A DNA stretch of 64,000 nucleotides from Oscillospiraceae bacterium (GCA_015065385.1 SVQK01000110.1:150204-214203); one strand, 5' to 3'. Positions 8,325 through 18,001 are shown, numbered from the stretch's first letter. Notes: generated by a model not told the origin, from the letters alone. A program made the numbers and translations.

Positions 8325-9800
8325 TCAACCGATTATGCCGTCGATGTACTTTGCGAATTCCCGATCGACCTTGCTTCTGATTTTCTGCGCGGTCGAAGCC
8401 ATGGTCTCGCTGCCTCCCTGCGCAACCGCCGGATACCACGCGTCGAAGAACAGCTGAACCGTCAAAAACCCCGCGTCCCAGGTCACGCTGTCGATCATCA
8501 GCCGGATCATTCCCTTTGTATCCTCGTCCCGCGCGTATTTTTCCGACAGAAGGACCTCGATATAGGGCTCCACCAGCCGTTCCGCCGAATAGATGCTGAG
8601 GGCTTCCACGATGTTCCCCGTCCTCGAGGCGTCCTGCTGATCCGCGGGAACGCACATCAGGGGAGAATTTCTCCCGCCGCATGTGACATAATACCGCTCC
8701 TGCGCCTCGTCGAGCTTCGGGCTCGGGATGACTCCGAAATCATCTTCCATGTTCTCGCGGAGCGTGGTCATATTGTAAAGGGCGGCGACGTAGAACAGCG
8801 CGTGACTGTTATAGAAAACGCTGTTCGCCCACGGATCGGAGACGGGATCCGCCGTCATGGCGCGGTCGGTCTGAACCTTATAGATCCAGTCCGCCGCTTT
8901 CAGCCCGCGCTCTTCGGTAAAGGTGATGTCAATGGACGGCGTGTCGTTTTCGTACCGGATCTCCCCTAACTTCTCGCCGCAGCCGTGGTAGTAAACCATG
9001 ACCGCGCCCCAACCGGACGTGATGCCGTACATATCCTCGGCGGTCCTCTCCTCCGAACCGTCCGCGTTCGACATGACCGCTTCCATCATTCCGTACATTT
9101 TGCCGAGCGTCCAGCCGCCGTTTTTGACAAGCTCATAAGGCGATTCGAGCCCGTACGCGTCCACCAGATGGTTGTTGAAATAGAGTCCGTGCGCCTCGCT
9201 CGCGTTGAAGCAGTTGATGGCGTTCGACGCGTAAAACAGCTTGCCGGGAACGAGCGTGAGCGCCTCGACCGAATTGGAGTTCCACCACGCCGCGTCCGTC
9301 CGGATCTCGGGAATGTCCAGAATGTTGTACAGAGCCGACTGTCCCGCCGCCCCGGGGAGCTTCATCGCCCACTGGTACGCGATATCGTACGCGCCCGACG
9401 CGGCCTTGACCTCGTTCATCATGGAATTGAACGCGTCCTGAGAATCGACGGCGTGCTGGCTGATTTCGATGTTGTATAACTCTTAGACGGCAATATTCCG
9501 TTCTCTGACGGAATCGTTCAGAAGCTCGCCGGTCATTTCTTCGGCGGTGATCCATTCGGTCAGGGAAGGGGTGGCGTACAGAAGGATATGGAACGCATAT
9601 CCTCCGTAATCGATCGCGGACAGCCTGTTCCATTCGGAATCCGCTTCGGTCTCCGGTTCGGTTTCGGCTGCGGGAGCTGCGTCCTCCCCCGTGCTTTGCG
9701 GAAGTTCCGTTTCTTTTTTGACATCCGGATCCTGACACCCGGACGCTGTCAAAAGGAGCAGTGAAGCCAGAATCGCTGAGACGGTCTTTTTCATCTTCAT
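8325..9800 (-). pseudogene. Extracellular solute-binding lipoprotein gene interrupted by an in-frame TAA
   Basis: ORFs 9483-9800 (lipobox LLLTASGC) and 8325-9422 share a frame: 9800 and 9422 are both 2 mod 3. The only interruption is TAA at 9483-9485. The peptide reads ...SVRERNIAV*ELYNIEISQHAVDSQDAFNSMMNEVKAAS... Confidence 0.8.
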
Positions 9801-9874
9801 GAGGATCTCTCCTTCCTTTGATTGGAATTCGAATCGGCCCGAGGATCGCGTCTTCGCGGAATCCTCAGACGGTT

Positions 9875-11974
9875 TTATCCGACCTTTACGACCTCCCCCG
9901 GACCGACGCTGACGCGGGTGAATTTCTCCTGCCAGAGCAGCCCGAGCGGTTTTTTCCTGTCCTCGTCCGACTCGATCATCACCTTGACGACCGCCGGGAA
10001 GGGCGTGGGATTTTCGATCACGACCGCGCCGTCTTCAAACCACGCGTTGACGTGATCCGGCGCGAAGACCAGTCCTTTTTCTATGTCCGCGTACACGCCC
10101 GGCGTCTCCAGCCATGTCAGCATCAGCGCAGCCGTAGGCCACACGCTGTTTCCGGCGATGGCGTCGCCCACGTTTTTCGCGCCCTCCCAGTCGGAGAGGT
10201 TCACGCGCTCGCAGATTTCGCTGGGTCTCAGGGCGGGGCCCTGCACGGTGTACATCGGCCTCTCGGGGTACGAAACCGTCTGCGGGATGAAGTGCGCGAT
10301 CCGGCTCAAAAGCTCGAGGTAAAGCGGATCCCCCGTCGCCCGGAACAGCTTCAGAAGCGCGCCGCCTCCCGCCGTGCACATCCCGGGACCCGCATGCTTG
10401 TTCTAAACGCTCGCCCAGACGCTGCCCGCGCTGCGGATGCCCATTTTCGCAAACCGGCTCTCGGGCGGGAAGGCGTAGTCGTACCCCACCACCCAGCTCG
10501 ACAGCATGTGCGCGGCGGCTTTGGCGCATTCGAGCCACCTGTCGGATCCGTCGGCCTCGTACAGAGCCGTGAATCCCTCGACCAGTCCCGCGCAGCTCTC
10601 GCTGTCCGGCGCGGCGAGGATCTCTCCGGGTCCTCCGGTGGAATAGCCGACGCGGATCGCGCACCTGTCGTAATAGTCGCCGACCGCGCGGGCCGTTTCA
10701 AGGTAGCTCCCGTTCCCCGTGACCGCCGCCGCGGCGCAGAGAGCAGCCGGAGTGATCGCGCCGCAGGACGTGCCGCCCACGAGGATCTCCCCCGTCTCGG
10801 CGTTGACGAACTGGCCGATCTGGCCGTACCGCTCCCACATGCCTTTCAGGGCGTCCGCCGCCATGACCGCACTGCGCATGATTTCCTCCGGCACGTCCAT
10901 GCCGAGCCTGCGCATCGCCTCGATCTGGCGGAACACAAAATAGGTCAGATCGGCGTGCTTGCGGACGAGGAGCATGTTGTACTTACCCTCGTAATGCGTG
11001 AAGCAGTCGTGATGGATCTCGCCTTCCGACACAATGCCGTAATACCACCCGGCCCTGCTCTGCCACCGAGCGACGAACCGGAGAGCCTGCACGACGCGCC
11101 GACGGGACAGCTCGCCGCCTTCGCACAGAAGAGCCAGCGTGAGCATCCCGCCCCCGGCCTATCCGGCCTGCCACTTGGCGAACCACGAGGGATGGCTCCC
11201 CACCGGCTGTAAGGCATAGTACCCTTCTTTTTCGTCGAAATGCTTGCCGTTCTGTTCCGCTTCGGCCAGCTCCCAGAACCGGGAGAAGGGGAGGGAGGCG
11301 TGGGCGGAAGCCTTGTATAACAGGGATCTCTTCTCAAAGAACGCCCGGAAGAGCGCGGGGATATCCTCGCAGTCAAAGGTAAACACGCGGTGCGATATGA
11401 CCGTCTCCTCGCCCTCGCGGACTGTGAGCGGCGGATCAGCCTCGGGCTGCTCTCTGAGGGACGGAGTTCCGTCGTACCAGTGATAGACCAGACGACGCTT
11501 TGCCGGCGCGCGCAATCGGATCATAAGCTCGTCCCCCGTCTGCTCCAGCGTGACGCCGTGGTTGCGTCCGTGCGCCCCCTGCCCGAAGAACAGCATGAAC
11601 GCCCGCTTTTCCGATTTGCGCAGGACGCACACGCAGGGCAGAGCCATGTCGCCCGTCGTCACGTCCATGAACGAATCCCCCTCGGGCGCGAGAGCCGGAG
11701 GGCAAGTCATGCGCACGGGGGCATCGACGCCGAACTCTTCCTCGGTGTACATGGGGGGATAGCAGCGCATGACGGTCTCGAAGCGGTTTCCGTTGTAGGC
11801 GCAGCCGGGGATCATGATATAGGTGTCGGAAATCGGGGCGTCAAGCCGGAAATCGACTCAGTATGCGGCGTCGGCAGAGTCGCAGAGCGCGGTGAAACGG
11901 GTCTCCCGGTCATTATGAATCACGCGGGTCCGATCTTTTTCTCCGGCATAACCGCGTGTCTGACTGATCAGCAT
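9875..11974 (-). pseudogene. Large (alpha/alpha)-barrel-like glycoside hydrolase/lyase-like gene with three in-frame stops
   Basis: Four ORF pieces share one frame; their starts 12112, 11815, 11146 and 10381 are all 1 mod 3. They are separated only by TGA at 11858-11860, TAG at 11159-11161 and TAG at 10403-10405. The peptide is continuous across each stop: AAY*VDFRLD, KWQAG*AGGGM, VWASV*NKHAGPGM. The true start is uncertain; 11974 is my guess. Confidence 0.7.
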
Positions 11975-12105
11975 ATGCAGATAACTCGTATGGATCGGAA
12001 TGAAAGTATTGATGCAAATTGAGAGGATACAAAGCGGAATTGCAAGATAGCGCCCGGTATCGGCAATCAACTCAGGCATATTGATCATATCATGGAGGTA
12101 AAACA

Positions 12106-12360
12106 GTGTCAAGAGAAGATCGGCTCAAAAACGGTGTCCTGATCTTCCGCGGCGTGACGCCGGCGCCGCTTTGGTCCGTGCCGGAGCCGGTGAGGGTCAG
12201 CATGCTTCCGGCTGAGATGAAGCGGAAGCACTATTTCGACCGCGACGACAAGGACGAGATCTATCGGTTCATCCGCTCCTTCCCGGACGGAGAAGAACTG
12301 CTGTGCAACGTCGTCGAAGCGCATTTCGGACTGCGGCCGTCCGTCGCCGAACAGCACTGA
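12106..12360 (+). CDS. Small hypothetical protein (84 aa)
   Basis: GTG start with a GGAGG RBS about 8 nt upstream. I recognise no family. Confidence 0.45.
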   Translation: MSREDRLKNGVLIFRGVTPAPLWSVPEPVRVSMLPAEMKRKHYFDRDDKDEIYRFIRSFPDGEELLCNVVEAHFGLRPSVAEQH

Positions 12361-12449
12361 ATCCCCGCTGACAAACAAGGGGCTGCCGCATTCTCATGAA
12401 ATGTGACAGCTCCTCTGACGGGAAGAACGGCGGTGAAGAAACCGGTCAG

Positions 12450-13517
12450 TCAAAATCCGGCGATGATCTCAGCATCCAGTCTCCGGATGATCTCGGCCGC
12501 AAGCCTCACCCCATTCCGAAAGTCCTCAAGGCTGGCGATGCCGTAGTGCGTATGAGCATAGCGCACAGGGAAACCGATCACGATGCAGGGGATCCCCTCC
12601 TCCGACAAATGAATCGGCGCGCCGTCCGTGGAGCCGCCCGACCGGACCGCTTCCTGCACCGGGATCCCCAGTTCCTCCGCGAGATCGAGCGCAAACCGCT
12701 GGAAGCGCGGATTCGTAATCATCCGGGTGTCGATGTGACGGAGCATGGGACCTTTGTGAACTGCTGTCTGGATCATCCACGATTCGGTCCCCCGGTCGTC
12801 GGCGGGCGCTCCTTCAAACACGATGGCGATCTGCGGCTTGACCCGTCGGGCTGTCACGGACGCGCCCCTTGTTCCGACCTCTTCCTGTGCAGCGATCGCG
12901 CCGACCGCGTTCACCGCGAGAGATTCACCGGACAGCGCGCGGAGGATGGAGAGAACGGCGGCGCAGCCCAGGCGGTTGTCGAATGCCTTGCCGAACATCA
13001 AGTCACGGTCCGCGTCGTATTCAAAGGTCACATCCGGCGCGACCGGTGCTCCCGGACGGATCCCGTACTGTTCCCTTGCCTCCTCGGGACTTGACGCGCC
13101 GACGTCGATCCACATATCGGCAATGTCGGGGGCTTTGTTCTTCTCCGCCTCGGTGAGAAAATGCGGGGGCTTCGATCCGGTGATTCCGGTATGAAGCCTG
13201 CCGTCCCGGGCGCGCACTTTCACCCGATGGGCGGGGATATTCGACGCTGTCCAGCCGCCGAGGGGAATGAACTTCAATGTTCCGTCCGGGCGGATGGCCT
13301 GTACCATGAAGCCCACCTCGTCCGAATGGGCGTCCAGCATGACGACCGGCTTGTCCTCGTCTTTTCCCGCGCGGCGGATGTACAGATTCCGCAGACTGTC
13401 TTCTTCGAGATCAAACCCTTCCGGGGCATAAGAACGCGCCACAGCGACGGCGTCGTCCTCAAATCCTGACGGCCCGAATGCGTTTGACAGTGCGGCGATC
13501 AGTTCAAGTTCCTGCAT
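12450..13517 (-). CDS. M42 family metallopeptidase (FrvX/CelM-like aminopeptidase)
   Basis: The 355-aa product contains VMLDAHSDEVGFMV, DNRLGCA, and QEEVGTRGA. Confidence 0.9.
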   Translation of the reverse strand: MQELELIAALSNAFGPSGFEDDAVAVARSYAPEGFDLEEDSLRNLYIRRAGKDEDKPVVMLDAHSDEVGFMVQAIRPDGTLKFIPLGGWTASNIPAHRVKVRARDGRLHTGITGSKPPHFLTEAEKNKAPDIADMWIDVGASSPEEAREQYGIRPGAPVAPDVTFEYDADRDLMFGKAFDNRLGCAAVLSILRALSGESLAVNAVGAIAAQEEVGTRGASVTARRVKPQIAIVFEGAPADDRGTESWMIQTAVHKGPMLRHIDTRMITNPRFQRFALDLAEELGIPVQEAVRSGGSTDGAPIHLSEEGIPCIVIGFPVRYAHTHYGIASLEDFRNGVRLAAEIIRRLDAEIIAGF

Positions 13518-13640
13518 GGGATGCTCCTTTTTTCAGCGATTGCTTTTGCTGTAGTATATCACATTTTCCGCTTTCTTTCAACTGTCCCAGGGCGGCTCTG
13601 CCTGATAAAGCGTTCAGGCGGGCAAATCCGCGGGCCACTC

Positions 13641-13669
13641 TTGCATATCGCCGCCGGCGGTGATATAAT
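13641..13669 (+). promoter_or_regulatory. Sigma-70-type promoter for the 13725 lipoprotein gene
   Basis: TTGCAT at 13641-13646, a 17-nt spacer, then TATAAT at 13664-13669. Confidence 0.55.
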
Positions 13670-13724
13670 GACCGTATATGATAGAAACCGCAAGGGTTCC
13701 GCCCGCGCAAATAAGGAGATTCCC

Positions 13725-14111
13725 ATGAAAACCAGACGCATTCCCGCCGCGCTTCTCGCCCTGCTTCTGCTCCTTCCCGCGTGCAGCGAGCAGACGGATC
13801 CCGAATTCGCCGGGTGCATGACCGAGGCGATGTGCGTGGCCAACTCCGCCGACGTGATCCCGTCCTATTACGACGTCGCGCTGAAAGACAAGTACAACCG
13901 GGACGCCGAGAGCGCGGAAATGCTCGATATCATCCGCGACAGCCTGATCTTCGACTTCGGCTATCTCAACAGCTTCGCGCTGAACACGGCGGGCCACCTG
14001 TTCGTCCAGCTCGTAAGAGTGGGCTCGACGGACTTCGCCTCCTCCTACGCTCAAAACAAGAAGGGCTACGAGAAGGCTCTCGAAAAGATGCAGGAAGCAT
14101 ACGCGGACTGA
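13725..14111 (+). CDS. 128-aa lipoprotein made of a signal peptide plus only the C-terminal segment of the solute-binding-protein family
   Basis: I trimmed the track ORF to the ATG at 13725, which has an AAGGAG RBS. The product has a lipobox LLLPAC. Its remainder aligns by eye to the last 105 aa or so of the 8325-9800 product (YYDVALKDKYNRDAESAEMLDIIRDSLIFDFGYL against YIEVLLSEKYARDEDTKGMIRLMIDSVTWDAGFL). Confidence 0.7.
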   Translation: MKTRRIPAALLALLLLLPACSEQTDPEFAGCMTEAMCVANSADVIPSYYDVALKDKYNRDAESAEMLDIIRDSLIFDFGYLNSFALNTAGHLFVQLVRVGSTDFASSYAQNKKGYEKALEKMQEAYAD

Positions 14112-14149
14112 ACGCGGACGGCAGAAAAGAAAGATAAGGAGCAGTCAGA

Positions 14150-15535
14150 ATGAGCAAATTCAATTATGATTATTCAAAAACGCTGTGGATGAAGATGTAT
14201 CTGGCGACGCCGGACTTCGGGCGCGGAACCTCGAATGTCCGGATCCGCTTCGAAGACGCACTGGAGATCATCAAAACCGTTGACAACCTGACGCAGGGGA
14301 TCCGGAAGATCGTCTACCTCGTCGGATGGCAGGGACTCGGGCACGACGACTGCTACCCGGAAATGCGCAAAGTGAACGACTTTCTGAAACGGGAGGAAGA
14401 CCGGGACGGGCGGGAAAGCCTTCTCTGGCTCTTCGAGCAGGCGAAGCGGTATCACACCGTCGTCAGCGTCCACGGCAATTTGGCGGACGAATACGGGGAG
14501 AACGAGTCCCACCCGGACTTTGTCGCGGCGGACGCCATTGTGAAGAACCCGGACGGAACGCCCGCCGTAATCGAGGTATTCAACGGCCGGAACGCGTATA
14601 AGATCTCCTACAAGCAGTTCTGGGAGAGCGGGCTTTTCAAAAGAATCTGGGAGGAGTTTCTCGACACGGTTCCCGTGCGCGAGGCTGGAACGGTCCATCT
14701 CGACAATTTCTGCATTGCAGAGAGCTTTTCTCCCCGCACAACGGTGGAGGAGCAGGATGAGGCGCGGGCGGCGATCCTCGACTACATCCGGAGCGAAGGG
14801 ATCGACGTTACCTCGGAATACACCTACCGCGAGCTGCCCCTTCGCGCCGACGATCCGGGCCACCCGATCCGCCGTTTCTACGCGAAGCATTGCGGTGATC
14901 TTCCCGTCTCCACCTGGAGAGAGGCGCCTGTCCGCACGCTCGGGAGGATCCCGGCGACCTGGTGGACAAGCAATATGACGGCGGAGGACTGCATGAAGAT
15001 CCCTCCGTCCGAGTACAGCGGAAGGCTGACCGACGGCGCGCTGTTCGCCGTGTTTTATGGGGCGATGCACGGGGAGGATATCTGGCTGAACCGCGGGATC
15101 CGGAACGAGGACTGGGTGCCGGCCTTCCTCCGGGAGTTCTGCACGGTTCAGCTCCCGTACTTCTATCTCAACCGGCACGCGCGCCTGACGCTCGAGCAGG
15201 ATCCGGACGGAACCTACACGGCGGGCTTCTCGGACGGGGTCGTGAGCCGGGGACGCGACGGATCGATTTTCAAAAACGGAGTCCTTCTCAAGGAGGGGAC
15301 GGACGTGATCCTCCCCCTGACGGAAGGCAACCGGACCTTCATCGCCTATTCGGAAGGCGGAAGATCCGGCTGCCTGAACGTACCGGACGCCGCGTTCCGG
15401 AAAGCGTCCGTATGGGAGATCACAGCGGAGGGGAACCGTTTTCTGACCGAAGTTCGGGTGAAGGACGGGACGGTGGAGCTGGACGTAAAGCCAAATCAGG
15501 CCCTTGTCCTTCTCGGAGAGGAAGACGCGGACTGA
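14150..15535 (+). CDS. Cytoplasmic glycoside-hydrolase-like protein, possibly of the GH101/GH129 endo-alpha-N-acetylgalactosaminidase family
   Basis: The 461-aa product has an AAGGAG RBS. The motif KIVYLVGWQGLGHDDCYP resembles that family. This is from memory and unverified. Confidence 0.6.
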   Translation: MSKFNYDYSKTLWMKMYLATPDFGRGTSNVRIRFEDALEIIKTVDNLTQGIRKIVYLVGWQGLGHDDCYPEMRKVNDFLKREEDRDGRESLLWLFEQAKRYHTVVSVHGNLADEYGENESHPDFVAADAIVKNPDGTPAVIEVFNGRNAYKISYKQFWESGLFKRIWEEFLDTVPVREAGTVHLDNFCIAESFSPRTTVEEQDEARAAILDYIRSEGIDVTSEYTYRELPLRADDPGHPIRRFYAKHCGDLPVSTWREAPVRTLGRIPATWWTSNMTAEDCMKIPPSEYSGRLTDGALFAVFYGAMHGEDIWLNRGIRNEDWVPAFLREFCTVQLPYFYLNRHARLTLEQDPDGTYTAGFSDGVVSRGRDGSIFKNGVLLKEGTDVILPLTEGNRTFIAYSEGGRSGCLNVPDAAFRKASVWEITAEGNRFLTEVRVKDGTVELDVKPNQALVLLGEEDAD

Positions 15536-15566
15536 TTCCCCCATTCGACGGATGCCCCGGATCCGG

Positions 15567-17366
15567 TCAGGAACGCGGCGCGGCTTTTCTTCTCCGGATC
15601 CGCTTTACGATCACCGCCGCCGCAATGATCAGCACGGCGAGAACCGCGGCGGCGCATCCGGCAAGGAGATAAACATGGGGCACGTTCAGGGAAAGCTGGG
15701 AATAGAGCCCGTTGAAATAGTACCGCAGAAGGGGTTCGATCAGTTCCCGCTGTTCTCCGTTGACGTCCGACTCCATCCGCACCTCGTCTCCGAGAATGAG
15801 CGTCAACCGGGTATCCGGCTCGTAGAGATCCCACGAAATCCCGTCCGCACGAGGGATTCCCGTGCGCGCGAAGCTGACCCACAGCTGCTGGATCGTGTTC
15901 GCCAGTTCCTCGTTCACGCGTCCGCCCGTGTAAATGGTCGCGCCGAGGTTGTCAAAGACATAGGCCAGCTCCATGGCGTGACAGGCTCCGAGCGTCTCGT
16001 CCGCGCCCGACACGGTGAAGCGGTAGTTGTACGCCTTCCCGCCGTTTTCCGCATGGAGCTGTGCCTGTTTCAGTGCGGGTACGCGGAACAAAAGCTCGTT
16101 GTAGAACTCCGAGAGATTCCAAATCCGCTCGTCCGACTGCATGGCGAGGAAGCGTTCGACGAGATCCCGGTCTTCGGGCGTCAGGCGGGCGAGATTGTTC
16201 TCGAACAGGATCTCTATGGCATGGCGGTAGACGGTCATCGGCGGCAGGAGGGGAACGGTATATCCCATTTCGTTGACCCAGTAGCGGACCTCGTCGGCAT
16301 TGTTTCCCGTGATGAAATCGATCCCGGCAGCCTTTTCCGCAAACGCCCCGTAGAGATCCTCCGGAAGCACGAGGCCGTCCCGTTCGGGGAAATTGTTGTA
16401 ATCGTTCAGAGCCTCGTTCGCTTTTTTCAGATCCGCCTCGCTGAGAGCCGCAAGAGCAGCCATGTCGGAGCATCCGGTCTCCTTCAGAAGCAGTTCCGTC
16501 AGATTCCGGCATTCGTCCCGGCTTGAGGTCAGGTTCAGCGAGCCGCTCTCCGCGATGATCCGGCGGAACAGTCCTTCCGTCCCGTCGATCAGGGGGAGAA
16601 GCATCACGCTGCCCCCGCCCGCGGATTCGCCGAAGATCGTGACGTTCCCGGGATCGCCTCCGAATCCCGCGATGTTGTCCCGCACCCACCGCAGGGCGCA
16701 GATCTGATCGAGCAGCCCGAGATTGCCGCTCTCGGGATACCGCTCCCCGCCCGGCACTCCGGAGAAATCGATGAATCCGTAAAGCCCCAGCCGGTATTCC
16801 ACCGTGACGAGGATCAGATCGTCGAATTTCTTCACGAGATTGTGTCCGTCGTAGATGGGATCCGACGCCGCGCCCCATCCGTACGACCCGCCGTGGATGA
16901 AGACCATGACCGGCTTGTCCGCTGCCGGATTGTTCCGGTTCACCCAGACGTTCAGCGTCAGGCAGTCCTCACTCTGGGGATAGTAGGAGCCCGGTTCGGA
17001 CGGCCATTCGGTCTGGACGGGGCTTTTTCCGAAGTAATAGGCTTCAAAGACGCCCTCTCCCTCCGCCGCATCGACGGGAGGCTGCCACCTCAGATCCCCG
17101 ACCGGCGGTTTTGCGTACGGAATCCCTTTGAAGGAGAGCACGCCGTCGGTATCGAGACCCACGAAAACCCCGTTGCGGCACTTCACGGACAGATCCCGGT
17201 CGTACTCCCCCGCGATCGCCCGGTTCTCCCCCGCAGAAGCGAGGACTTCCGCTTTCATCGGGTTTTCCTCCGCGCATCCGGAGAGCAGAAATAGAAGAAG
17301 CGCGCAGAGGACGGCACACCGATGGAATGCTCCGCGATTCCGGATGAAACTGAATCGATTTCTCAT
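15567..17366 (-). CDS. Type-B carboxylesterase/lipase with an N-terminal lipobox and a C-terminal TM anchor
   Basis: FIHGGSYGWG is the oxyanion motif and GESAGGGS contains the nucleophile Ser. The lipobox is LLFLLSGC. The C-terminus reads VYLLAGCAAAVLAVLIIAAAVIVKRIRRRK. Confidence 0.9.
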   Translation of the reverse strand: MRNRFSFIRNRGAFHRCAVLCALLLFLLSGCAEENPMKAEVLASAGENRAIAGEYDRDLSVKCRNGVFVGLDTDGVLSFKGIPYAKPPVGDLRWQPPVDAAEGEGVFEAYYFGKSPVQTEWPSEPGSYYPQSEDCLTLNVWVNRNNPAADKPVMVFIHGGSYGWGAASDPIYDGHNLVKKFDDLILVTVEYRLGLYGFIDFSGVPGGERYPESGNLGLLDQICALRWVRDNIAGFGGDPGNVTIFGESAGGGSVMLLPLIDGTEGLFRRIIAESGSLNLTSSRDECRNLTELLLKETGCSDMAALAALSEADLKKANEALNDYNNFPERDGLVLPEDLYGAFAEKAAGIDFITGNNADEVRYWVNEMGYTVPLLPPMTVYRHAIEILFENNLARLTPEDRDLVERFLAMQSDERIWNLSEFYNELLFRVPALKQAQLHAENGGKAYNYRFTVSGADETLGACHAMELAYVFDNLGATIYTGGRVNEELANTIQQLWVSFARTGIPRADGISWDLYEPDTRLTLILGDEVRMESDVNGEQRELIEPLLRYYFNGLYSQLSLNVPHVYLLAGCAAAVLAVLIIAAAVIVKRIRRRKAAPRS

Positions 17367-17493
17367 GAAAGGGCCTCCTGCGGATCGATTCCGCTCTTCT
17401 TTTTCTGATTGTTTATCGTATCCGCTTCCGTCTTCAACGGAGTTGAACCCGATCCCCCGCGGGCTTGTTTTATCATGATCCCGGACGGATCGT

Positions 17494-17864
17494 TCAGATA
17501 TTCACGTTCCCCGTTTCTTTTCCCCTGAGTCCTTCGATCGCGCCCTTGATATAGGCCCTTGACAGATCCTCCAGCCTGATCCCGAACCGCTCGGAAACCT
17601 CCTCGAGGATGTCAAACGGAACCGTCAGAGCGTTCTTTTCCTCGCGCAGGCCCGCGTGAACGCCAAGCGAATAGATCTCGATCCGGACCGTGACGGGATC
17701 CAGCCCGTCCTCCCAGATCCGCCTGAGCGTTTTCCGGCGGCGGGCAAGGAGTCTGTTGTACACGATCCGGATCAGCCAGCCGAGCCCGAAGACCAGTACG
17801 AACAGGATCGGAACAGATTGACAAGATGGATCCGTTTCTTTTCCTCTTTTCCGGTGTTTCTCAT
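17494..17864 (-). pseudogene. Small single-pass membrane protein gene, apparently frameshifted near its 5' end
   Basis: The ATG at 17864 has a GAGGA RBS 7 nt upstream and opens a 30-codon frame ending in TGA at 17772-17774. The long downstream ORF (17494-17763, GTG) continues upstream in the -1 frame as an open TM segment, SVPILFVLVFGLGWLIRIV, with no start codon of its own. Confidence 0.5.
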
Positions 17865-18001
17865 TGTCCCGTCCTCGTAAAGCATCGTATTGTCCTGTAT
17901 ATTATAGCCCAATCCCCGGTGTTTTGCAAGACGGACGAATATTCCGCATCACCTCCTTCACGCGTCCCGGCGGCTGTGATTTTGCGGTACCGTGCGTCTC
18001 A

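Noticed and set aside
8233-8682. A 150-aa N-terminal extension of the URO-D-family ORF in the track. Analogous extensions occur at 62472-63479, 49039-49869, 52273-53193, 30567-30782, 22098-22226, 13521-13724 and 27774-28571.
   Set aside because: The extensions are R/G-rich, overlap upstream genes or intergenic promoters, and lack an RBS. In each case an internal ATG with a good Shine-Dalgarno sequence starts the conserved part of the protein.
10403-11161. The in-frame TAG codons as pyrrolysine, or the in-frame stops as genetic-code reassignment or programmed read-through.
   Set aside because: All three stop codons (TGA, TAG, TAA) occur as interruptions within 3.6 kb, yet the same codons terminate neighbouring well-defined genes at the expected positions. 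No pyl genes, SECIS-like context or slippery sites were seen. Pseudogenisation is the simpler reading.
11975-12112. An N-terminal extension of the interrupted hydrolase-like gene up to the TTG at 12112.
   Set aside because: The region is AT-rich and overlaps the RBS of the divergent plus-strand ORF. It encodes an implausible peptide (LAIPLCILSICINTFIPIH). It is more likely promoter or 5'UTR, but the true start remains uncertain.
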